This document shows, in pieces, positions 31,930 to 40,105 of a stretch of 64,000 nucleotides of DNA (position 1 is the stretch's first letter; each line of letters opens with the position of its first letter). The notes below the pieces were generated by a model that worked only from the letters and a program-made list of their open reading frames with translations, was not told where the DNA came from and made no database searches. The DNA is taken from sequence record ON529858.1; one strand, 5' to 3'. Position numbers and translations under genes: made by a program.

Positions 31930-33554
31930 TGAAGAATCTTTCCAAGCAAATGCTCGGCCGTCTGCGGCGTGGGGTCACCACGCTCTGCACCTGCATGACC
32001 ATCCGCCGTCGCGACGGCAAGGTGCTGACCTTCACCGACCACGACCAGCCTGTCGATGTGGCCGGAACCCTCTTCCTGCCCTACCACTCCTTCTCGCGGA
32101 CCTCGGTGTCCTCGACGCTGGAACTGGACGTCGACGGCCTGGAACTGATCGGCATCCTGAACTCGACCGCCGTCTCGCGCGAGGACATCGCGGCCGGCGA
32201 CTTCGACGGCGCCGACGTCGAGGTCTTCGTCGTGGACTACGAGATGCCGGAGATCGGCAAGGTCATCCTGCGCATTGGCACGATCGGCGAGATCGTGGCG
32301 AACGAAGACGGCACGTTCGAAGCGGAAGTGCGCGGCCTGAGCCAAGTCTACACCTTCCGGATCGGCGAAAGCTACACGCCCGAATGCCGCGCCAACCTGG
32401 GCGATCGCCGCTGCAAGGTTCCGATCGAGCCCCCGCGCTGGCGCCCCGGCACGGCCTATCGCCGTGGCGACGCCGTCAAGGGCATCGTCAACCCGGCCTC
32501 CAACTACGAGAACCTGGGCTTCACCAACGGTTCGTTCGAGGACAGCGACGTCAACGAGCCCCTGCGCTCGATCCCTGGCTGGAAGACCTACGGCTCGGTC
32601 AACGGCCGCTGGGAGCCGCGCACCACGCTCGACGATCTGAACGGCGCGATCTCGGGCTCCTACTTCATCGCCCACCGCAACCCGAGCGGCGACAGCGCCG
32701 ACCTGGGCCTCACCCAGACCCTCTACTTCCAGGGGCAGGGCGTGGACCAGACCGCCATCGACACCGGCCTGTCGCGCCTCACCTCTTCCGTCTGGATGGG
32801 CTGCACCAACCGCGACGCCAAGGGTCGGTTCCGTGTATCCGCAATCATCAACGGCGTCGCTGACGCGGTGATCTACGATTCTGGGGTCAAGGTAGGCCCG
32901 GTGGATCAGTGGTTCGTGGAGAACGGCTGCAAGGACGTCATCATCCCCATGGGGACGATCGGCCTGAAGTTCGACATCTACGCCACCAAGAAGGCCAACG
33001 ACGAGACCGGCATGTGCTTCGACTTCGTCCAGGCCGCCGTCAACTACCCCAACGGCAACTACGGCGGCAACGACCAGTTCGGCGACGTCGTCTTCCGGGC
33101 TCAGTCGAGCGGCACGACCGGAGCGACCGAACCGGACTTCTCCAACCTGATCGGCTCCGAGGTCAACGACAACGGCATCGTCTGGGCCGCGCAACAGGCC
33201 TGGACCCGCACGGCGACCGTCGAGGCTCCGGCTGTCGACAACCGCTCCTTCCTGGCCGAAGGCATCACCCAGCCTCCCGGCTACTATGATGGCGGGCTGC
33301 TGACCTGGGAGACCGGCTCCAACGCCGGTCATAGCCAGGAGGTCAAGTCCTGGAAGGGCGGAAGCGTCGTCTTCTTCCAGCGCCCCTATCACGCGATGCG
33401 TAGCGGCGATCGCTACACCATCCGCCCCGGTTGCGACAAGCGCCGGACCACCTGCGTCGAGAAGTTCTCGAACATCCTGAACTTCCGGGGCGAGCCCGAC
33501 GTGCCCGGCCAGGACGAATACTACAAGACCCCCAACGCGACGGCGGAAGCATGA
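31929..33554 (+). CDS. DUF2163/BR0599-type baseplate hub protein (541 aa)
   Basis: TTLCTC..IRRRDG..L.FTDHD; CRANLGDRRC; PGCDKR..TC..KFSNILNFRGEP.VPG. Confidence 0.88.
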   Translation: MKNLSKQMLGRLRRGVTTLCTCMTIRRRDGKVLTFTDHDQPVDVAGTLFLPYHSFSRTSVSSTLELDVDGLELIGILNSTAVSREDIAAGDFDGADVEVFVVDYEMPEIGKVILRIGTIGEIVANEDGTFEAEVRGLSQVYTFRIGESYTPECRANLGDRRCKVPIEPPRWRPGTAYRRGDAVKGIVNPASNYENLGFTNGSFEDSDVNEPLRSIPGWKTYGSVNGRWEPRTTLDDLNGAISGSYFIAHRNPSGDSADLGLTQTLYFQGQGVDQTAIDTGLSRLTSSVWMGCTNRDAKGRFRVSAIINGVADAVIYDSGVKVGPVDQWFVENGCKDVIIPMGTIGLKFDIYATKKANDETGMCFDFVQAAVNYPNGNYGGNDQFGDVVFRAQSSGTTGATEPDFSNLIGSEVNDNGIVWAAQQAWTRTATVEAPAVDNRSFLAEGITQPPGYYDGGLLTWETGSNAGHSQEVKSWKGGSVVFFQRPYHAMRSGDRYTIRPGCDKRRTTCVEKFSNILNFRGEPDVPGQDEYYKTPNATAEA

Positions 33555-33967
33555 CCCGAGACGAGATCGTAAACGAAGCCCGGTCCTACCTCGGCAAGCC
33601 GTGGCGCCATCGCGGCCGGCTGCGGTCCGGGCTGGATTGCGCGGGGCTGCTGGTGCTCGTGTCCAACACGGTCGGCCACGAGGTCGAAGACGTCGAGGCC
33701 TATTCGCGCCTGCCCGACAAGGAGCGTTTCGTCGATCACCTGAAGGCGCAGTTCCAGCCGGCCTCGCTGCCGCTGAAGCCGGGCATGATCGTGGTCCTGC
33801 GCGACGGCATCCTGCCCTGCCACACGGGCATCCTGGGGTGGAAGCACGACCGCCTCACCCTCATCCACGCTTCGGCGACTAAGCGCATGGTCGTGGAGGA
33901 AGTCTGGGAACAGTTCTGGACCTCCAAGTTCCGTTGCGCGCTCGATTTTCCTGGTGTTGAAGACTAA
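33551..33967 (+). CDS. NlpC/P60 tail-associated peptidase (138 aa)
   Basis: ARSYLGKPWRHRGR..SGLDCAGL (catalytic Cys); HTGI; IHA. Confidence 0.92.
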   Translation: MTRDEIVNEARSYLGKPWRHRGRLRSGLDCAGLLVLVSNTVGHEVEDVEAYSRLPDKERFVDHLKAQFQPASLPLKPGMIVVLRDGILPCHTGILGWKHDRLTLIHASATKRMVVEEVWEQFWTSKFRCALDFPGVED

Positions 33968-36900
33968 TGGCTGATCCTTTTTCCTTCGCAATCGCGACCG
34001 TCGCCCAGATCGGGATCGGCTACCTCTTCCCGTCTGAAGGCCCTCGCCTGAAGGACCTGAAGGTGTCGGCGTCGACCTATGGCGCCGCGATCCCCGAGGT
34101 CTTCGGGACCTGCCGCGTGGGCGCGAACATGATCTGGTCCGCGCCGATCGAAGAGCGCAAGCGCAAGCGGTCCGGCAAGGGCGGCGGCGCCTACAACGAA
34201 TACACCTACTACTGCTCCTTCGCCATGGCGCTCTGCAAGGGTCCCGTCTCGATGGTCCGTCGCCTGTGGGCGGACGGCAAGCTGATCTATGACGCGACCG
34301 GCGCGTCGGAGGGCTTGCAGTCGGGCAAGATTCGCCTGCGTATCTACAACGGCACCGAAGACCAGATGCCCGACGCGCTGATCGAGCGCCTGAGCGCCGG
34401 CGGCAAGCAGAACCAACTCATCCCGGCCCCGCCCGGCGACCAGATCACCCTCTACAAGAACGGCAACTACGGCTCCAAGGCGCTGACCTACAGCACGTCG
34501 ATCGCCGACATGAACAAGACCGGCCAGGGCCTGAACGACGGCGCCTCGTCGATCAAGACGGTCGGCCCGTGGGAGGTGTTCGAACACGCGGACTTCAAGG
34601 GCGCGTCGACGGTCATCAACGGCGACGTGCCGGACCTGGGCGCGATCGGCTTCAACGACAAGATTTCCTCCTTCCGTCCGGCCAACGACTACGCCGCCAG
34701 CGGCAACGTCCCCGCCTATCGCGACCTCTGCTATGTCGTGTTCGAGGACATGCCGCTGGCGGACTTCGGCGGCCGTCTACCGCAGATCGCCGCAGAGGTC
34801 TTCGCTGACGCCACCGGCGGCGGCACGCAAGGCGTTCCCACGACGATCGAAGTGGCCTCCAAGGACGAAGCGCACCCGCTCGACGGTTATCAGTCGGACT
34901 TCCTGGCTGACAACGACCGGGGCTACATCTACGTCCGCTCCACGAGCCCGGACGGCCTGCGCCGCATTCGAATGTCGGACGGCACCGAGGACCGGCAGGT
35001 GCTGGCCTCGCAGATGGGCTTCAGCCTGGACCCGACCAACGTCTACGACAGGGCGACGGTGGGTCCGCTCCTGTGCGTCACGCAGGACGGCTCCATCCTG
35101 GCCTTCAAGGGCGGCTCGAACAACTACAACGCCGTCGTCAAGATCGACCCGATCTCGCTCCAGGTCGTCGGTCAATACTCCCGCAACCACCCCTTCAGCG
35201 GCGGTCCTGCGCTGAACGGCCGCTACAGCGCCGCGTCCGGACCCTACGTCGCCTTCTACGGACGGGTCGGCTACGGCCCTGGTCAGGTCCACATCCTGGA
35301 TGAGAACCTGGGCCTTCAAGGTCCGCCCTTCACGGCGGACCTCGGCTCGCCCGCCGGCATCGTGGGTCGCAACGACGGCACGCCCGTCTTCTACGCCTTC
35401 GACAACGCCGAAGCCACCTCGACCACGGGCGCGACCGGCCTGCGGATCGTGAGGCTGGACCCGACCAAGAGCGAGTTGAGCGAACTCGTCTCCTTCACGC
35501 CCGATGACTTCGGCATCCCCACCCCGACGATGATGTGCCAGAGCGCGCACTACGATCCGTCGGATGGCGGTGTGCTGCTGCACCTGCGGGCAGGCTCCGG
35601 CTTTGGCGCGTCGTATCTGGCGAAGTTCTCCTTCGACACGATGAGCCTGACCTGGACCGGGGCTTACCCGGTCTCGCTCAACACCCGCTTCGTCTCGCCG
35701 CGCATTCTCAGTGGTGAGTTCGCCTGGGTCAACGACGACACCCTCTACGCCATCTCGACGATCTCGGGCGCCTTCATCGACCGCGACGCCGACCTCTATG
35801 TCGACCCCGAGGACGACGCGAACGACCCGGCCTTCGACGACGGCGCGGCGGGCGTGCCGATCGACGGCATCAATGGCGTCGCCGTCTCCTACGAGTCCTA
35901 CGACAGCCTGCGCAACTCCGTGATCTGCTTTGGATCGGGAACGCCGGCGATCATCCGCACAGGCGCCGCCGCTACGCCGGGCACGACGCTCGGCTGGGTG
36001 GTCGAACAGATGCTGCGCAAGGGCGGCCTGACGAACAAGAACTTCGACCTCACCGCCCTCTACACGATCCCGATCCGGGGTTACGGCTGGGCGTCAGGCA
36101 CCGACATCAAGTCGATCCTGGACGAACTGTCTCGGGTCTTCCTGTTCGACCTGTTCGAGTCGAACGGCAAGCTGAAGGCCCGACTGCGCGGCGACGAGAC
36201 GGTCACCGTCTTCTCGCAGGACATCACCGAGATCAGCCAGGACCTGCTTGGGTCGACCAGCGCGGAGACGATGGACTTCTGGAAGGAGACCCGCATGTCG
36301 GAGCAGGACCTGCCCGAGCGCGTGTCGATGACCTACATGAACGTCGACGACGACTTCGAAGTGTCGACGGCTCAGTCCCAGCGCATCTCCGAGCCCATCC
36401 CGACGATGTTCTCGCGACAGCAGGTCTCGATGCAGATCAACCTCGTGCTCACGCCCACCGAGGCGAAGAACATGGTCAATCGGATGCTCTACTCGCAGTG
36501 GAGCGAACGGACCAAGCACGAGACCCGTCTGCCCTGGGCCTATCTGAACCTGGACCCGGCTGATCTGATCAAGGTCAAGCTGAACGACGGCCGGGCCTAT
36601 GTCGAGCGTATCCACCAAACGGAGTTCGGCGCCAACTTCTCGATCGAGGCCGAGACCTATGGACAGGACTCGGGCTCCTACGAGAGCGAGGCTGTCGGCG
36701 AAGGCGGTGGCTCCGGCCGGGTCGACGTCATCTACCTGACCAAGCCCGCCCAGGCCTTCGTCCTCAACACGCCTCTGCTGCGCGACCAGGACGACTCGGG
36801 CGGCGGCTTCTCGCGCTACTACACCGCCGTCGGCACGGCCGCGCCGGGCGTCTTCCAGGGCGCCGGCGTGTTCCGCTCGATCACCGGGCAGGACTACGAC

Positions 36901-37743
36901 GAACTCTACGCCGAGACCACCGAAGTCGAATGGGGCGTTCTGGCCGGTGCGCTGCCGCCGGCGCCGCATGGGGCCTTCGCGCTCGATTGGGAGTCGACGG
37001 TCAAGCTGTTCCCTGGTTCCGGGGGCTTCGAACTGGAGTCCATCACCGACGACGAACTCTGGGCCGGCGGCAACCTCTGCGTCATCGGCGACGAGGTCAT
37101 CCAGTTCCGCGACGCTCAGCAGGAGGAAGACGGCTCCTGGACCCTGCGCACCCTGGCGCGCGCCCGGCGTGGGACGGAATACGCTCACGACAAGCACAAG
37201 AACGGCGAGCGCTTCATCTTCCTGTCCTCGGAGACTGTCGAGAGCCAGGGCGATCTCGTCGACTCGCGTGGTCAGGATCGCTACTTCAAGGCGGTCGGCA
37301 CGGGCCGGACGGTCAGCGACGCCCAGGCGCTCAAGATCAACTACGAGCCCCGCGACCTGATGCCCTACGCCATCACGGACCTGCGCCGCACGATCGACAC
37401 GGTCACGCCGGCGATCACCTTCACCTGGGCGCGCCGCACGCGCCTGGGCGGGAACCTGCTCGACGAGACGGGCGACGTGCCGCTCAACGAAGCGTTCGAG
37501 CGCTACGAGGTCTACGTCCTCAACGAGCCCTTCAGCGGCGACGCCTCTCGCGGCCGAGCCCCCGACAGCTACAAGCGGATGACCGTCGTCGAGGGTCCGA
37601 CCTGGACCTACAGCGCAGCAGATATGACGACGGACAACGTCGCCATTCTTGACACTCTGCACGTTGTGGTCTATCAAATCAGTGCAGCCGTCGGGCGTGG
37701 ATTCCCGACCGCACGCACGATCGAGCCCTGGCGCGAGTGGTGA
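33967..37743 (+). CDS. Central tail fibre/tip attachment (J-like) protein (1258 aa)
   Basis: STYGAAIPEVFG..RVG.NMIW; RRLWADGKLIYD; PAYRDLCYVVF; C-terminal LARARRGTE and TWARRTR; beta-gamma-crystallin and beta-propeller-like inserts. Confidence 0.88.
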   Translation: MADPFSFAIATVAQIGIGYLFPSEGPRLKDLKVSASTYGAAIPEVFGTCRVGANMIWSAPIEERKRKRSGKGGGAYNEYTYYCSFAMALCKGPVSMVRRLWADGKLIYDATGASEGLQSGKIRLRIYNGTEDQMPDALIERLSAGGKQNQLIPAPPGDQITLYKNGNYGSKALTYSTSIADMNKTGQGLNDGASSIKTVGPWEVFEHADFKGASTVINGDVPDLGAIGFNDKISSFRPANDYAASGNVPAYRDLCYVVFEDMPLADFGGRLPQIAAEVFADATGGGTQGVPTTIEVASKDEAHPLDGYQSDFLADNDRGYIYVRSTSPDGLRRIRMSDGTEDRQVLASQMGFSLDPTNVYDRATVGPLLCVTQDGSILAFKGGSNNYNAVVKIDPISLQVVGQYSRNHPFSGGPALNGRYSAASGPYVAFYGRVGYGPGQVHILDENLGLQGPPFTADLGSPAGIVGRNDGTPVFYAFDNAEATSTTGATGLRIVRLDPTKSELSELVSFTPDDFGIPTPTMMCQSAHYDPSDGGVLLHLRAGSGFGASYLAKFSFDTMSLTWTGAYPVSLNTRFVSPRILSGEFAWVNDDTLYAISTISGAFIDRDADLYVDPEDDANDPAFDDGAAGVPIDGINGVAVSYESYDSLRNSVICFGSGTPAIIRTGAAATPGTTLGWVVEQMLRKGGLTNKNFDLTALYTIPIRGYGWASGTDIKSILDELSRVFLFDLFESNGKLKARLRGDETVTVFSQDITEISQDLLGSTSAETMDFWKETRMSEQDLPERVSMTYMNVDDDFEVSTAQSQRISEPIPTMFSRQQVSMQINLVLTPTEAKNMVNRMLYSQWSERTKHETRLPWAYLNLDPADLIKVKLNDGRAYVERIHQTEFGANFSIEAETYGQDSGSYESEAVGEGGGSGRVDVIYLTKPAQAFVLNTPLLRDQDDSGGGFSRYYTAVGTAAPGVFQGAGVFRSITGQDYDELYAETTEVEWGVLAGALPPAPHGAFALDWESTVKLFPGSGGFELESITDDELWAGGNLCVIGDEVIQFRDAQQEEDGSWTLRTLARARRGTEYAHDKHKNGERFIFLSSETVESQGDLVDSRGQDRYFKAVGTGRTVSDAQALKINYEPRDLMPYAITDLRRTIDTVTPAITFTWARRTRLGGNLLDETGDVPLNEAFERYEVYVLNEPFSGDASRGRAPDSYKRMTVVEGPTWTYSAADMTTDNVAILDTLHVVVYQISAAVGRGFPTARTIEPWREW
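37636..37677 (+). promoter_or_regulatory. Internal promoter for tail fibre genes
   Basis: AACGTCGCCATTC-TTGACA-N17-TATCAA within the 3' end of the J-like gene. Confidence 0.6.
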
Positions 37744-37822
37744 TCCACCCACACCGCGCCTGACGCCTCCTGCCCTTCCTCCAGCCTTCCACAAGCGTGT
37801 GCTGCCACGCGAAAGAGACTCC

Positions 37823-40105
37823 ATGGCCGATACCCCCATCCTCAAGCTGCCGCAAGTCGCTCCTGGTCAGAACCAGAAGGAGTTGACGATCAACACCGCT
37901 CTGGCGATCCTGGAAGCGGCGATGAACGACAGCCTTGTCCACACGGGCAAGACGGCGAACTTCACGTTGAATGAGGATCAGTGGACCCGCTACTTCCTGC
38001 ACCGGGTCTCGGGCAACACCACCGCCATCACCATGACCGTCCCGGCGCGGGAGCGCCTGTTCGTCGTTTCCAACGAAGGCACGGCGGCTCTGACGATCAC
38101 GCCGGCCGGCGGCAGTGCCGGCAACTCGGCGGAAGTCCCGTTCGGCAAGATCGTCCTGTTGGTCAACGACGGCGTCAACATCTACGCCATTTCGTCCGGA
38201 GTCGGCCGCCTCCAGGACCTGTCCGACGTGGATGGCACGGGCGCCGTGGATGGGATGATCCTGTCCTATGAGTCGACGGGAGAGAAGTGGGTTCCGGTCA
38301 CCGTCGCCAACCTCTTCAACCTCGCCTTCACCGGCCTGAGCGACACCCCGAACAACTACACTGGTGCGGCCAAGAAGTTCGTGCGCGTCAACGCCGCCGC
38401 GAACGCCCTGGAGTTTTTCGTCCCCTCGCTGACCTCCCTGTCCGACGTCAATGAGACCCTGGCGCCCGATGACGGCGAGGTCCTGACCTTCCTGGACGGG
38501 AAGTGGATTTCGGCTCCCGTCGGCGCCGCCACCATCAAGTTCACCGATCTCAATGATGCGCCCGACAGCTTCACCGGGCAGGGTGGCAAGGCCGTCGTCG
38601 TCAAGGAAAGCGAAGACGGAGTCGAGTTCGTCGAGGTCGGCGGCAAGATCACCGTCCAGAACGAAGGCACCGAGATCGCCGCAGAGGCTGCGGTCGTCGA
38701 CTTCGTCGGGACCGGCGTCAACGCGACCTTCGCCGGCGGCAAGGTCACCGTCACCGTCAATCCGACAGCGCTGACCGCCGCCCCTGATGTGCCCGACGCC
38801 CTCACCGGGCAGGCGGGCAAGGCCCTCATCGTCAAGGATACTGAGGACGGGTTCGAGTTCGGCGACACCGCCGGCACCTTCCTGGCGCTGACCGACACCC
38901 CCGCCGCCTATACGGGTCAAGCCGGCAAGGCCGCCGTGGTCAACGACGCCGAAACCGGCCTGGAGTTCGGCGACATCGCCGGCGTCATCGCGGTTCAGGA
39001 AGAAGACGCCCTGGTCCAGGCCGCCGTCACCACCCTCAACTTCGAAGGCGACGGCGTCTCCGTGTCCGATGACGGCGCCGGCAAGGTGACCATCACGGTC
39101 GGCCCCGGCGGCGCCGGCGTCGGCCCCTTCGGCGAGCACGCCTACTGGCGCGTCTTCTGCACCTCCAGCCACGGCAACAACTGGTTCTCGACGAAGGAAC
39201 TGGACTTCTATTCCGAACCCGGCGGCGCGGTCCTCAACACGGGAGGCACCCCGGTCGAAGGCGGGCACTACAGCGCTCAGGTCGCCGCCAATGCGTTCGA
39301 CAACGACACGGCGACCGAATGGACCGCCCCGACCAACGGGACGAACACGGGAACGGCATGGATCGGCTATCACTTCGCCGCCCCCGTCTCCGTCGTCGAG
39401 GTCAAGCTGCAAGCCTCCAACTCGCCGACGACTGAGTCCTTCAAGACGGGCTCGGTGCAGTATTCCGACAACGGCGTCGACTGGACCGAGGCCTGGGATG
39501 TCGCGGATCAACCGAACTGGACGACCAATGAAATCCGGACGTTCAACTACCTGAGCGCGCCGACCGGCTTCGTCTCCCTGGGCGACACGCCGACCTCCTA
39601 CCTCGGCCAAGCCGACAAGAAGGTTCGCGTCAAGACCGCTGAGTCCGGCCTGGAGTTCGTCGCCGACACCTTCCTGTCGCAGATCGACACGCCTTCGACC
39701 TACTCGGGCCAGGGCGGCAAGACCGTGCGCGTAAACAGCGCGGCGAGCGGCCTGGAGTTCGTTCTGGACACCCAGGCGGCAAACGTCGTTTCGTCCAAGA
39801 CGGCGGCCTACACGCCGGTGCTGGCCGACGCCCAAGAGCGGACCGGGGTGATCCCGGTCAACGTCGCCTCCACGGTCGATGTGACGATCCCGACCAACAC
39901 GGCGGTCCCCTATCCGGTCGGCACTCAGATTTCGATCCTGCAAATCGGCGCCGCCAAGGTCGGCATCGTCGGCGCCGCCGGCGTCACGGTCAACAAGCCC
40001 GCCGCCTTCAACGCCAAGACCCGTGAACAGAACTCCCTCGTGATGGCGCTGAAGATCGCGACCGACACCTGGGTTCTGCTGGGCGATATGGAAGTCGCAC
40101 CCTAA
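37823..40105 (+). CDS. Tail fibre protein with L.D.P..YTGQ.GK repeats and discoidin-like domain (760 aa)
   Basis: N-terminal TP.LKLPQV.PGQ.QKE..IN.AL; about six LxDxPxxYxGQxGKxxxV repeats; HAYWRV...ELDF, NAFD....W, VQYSDNG.DW. Confidence 0.8.
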   Translation: MADTPILKLPQVAPGQNQKELTINTALAILEAAMNDSLVHTGKTANFTLNEDQWTRYFLHRVSGNTTAITMTVPARERLFVVSNEGTAALTITPAGGSAGNSAEVPFGKIVLLVNDGVNIYAISSGVGRLQDLSDVDGTGAVDGMILSYESTGEKWVPVTVANLFNLAFTGLSDTPNNYTGAAKKFVRVNAAANALEFFVPSLTSLSDVNETLAPDDGEVLTFLDGKWISAPVGAATIKFTDLNDAPDSFTGQGGKAVVVKESEDGVEFVEVGGKITVQNEGTEIAAEAAVVDFVGTGVNATFAGGKVTVTVNPTALTAAPDVPDALTGQAGKALIVKDTEDGFEFGDTAGTFLALTDTPAAYTGQAGKAAVVNDAETGLEFGDIAGVIAVQEEDALVQAAVTTLNFEGDGVSVSDDGAGKVTITVGPGGAGVGPFGEHAYWRVFCTSSHGNNWFSTKELDFYSEPGGAVLNTGGTPVEGGHYSAQVAANAFDNDTATEWTAPTNGTNTGTAWIGYHFAAPVSVVEVKLQASNSPTTESFKTGSVQYSDNGVDWTEAWDVADQPNWTTNEIRTFNYLSAPTGFVSLGDTPTSYLGQADKKVRVKTAESGLEFVADTFLSQIDTPSTYSGQGGKTVRVNSAASGLEFVLDTQAANVVSSKTAAYTPVLADAQERTGVIPVNVASTVDVTIPTNTAVPYPVGTQISILQIGAAKVGIVGAAGVTVNKPAAFNAKTREQNSLVMALKIATDTWVLLGDMEVAP

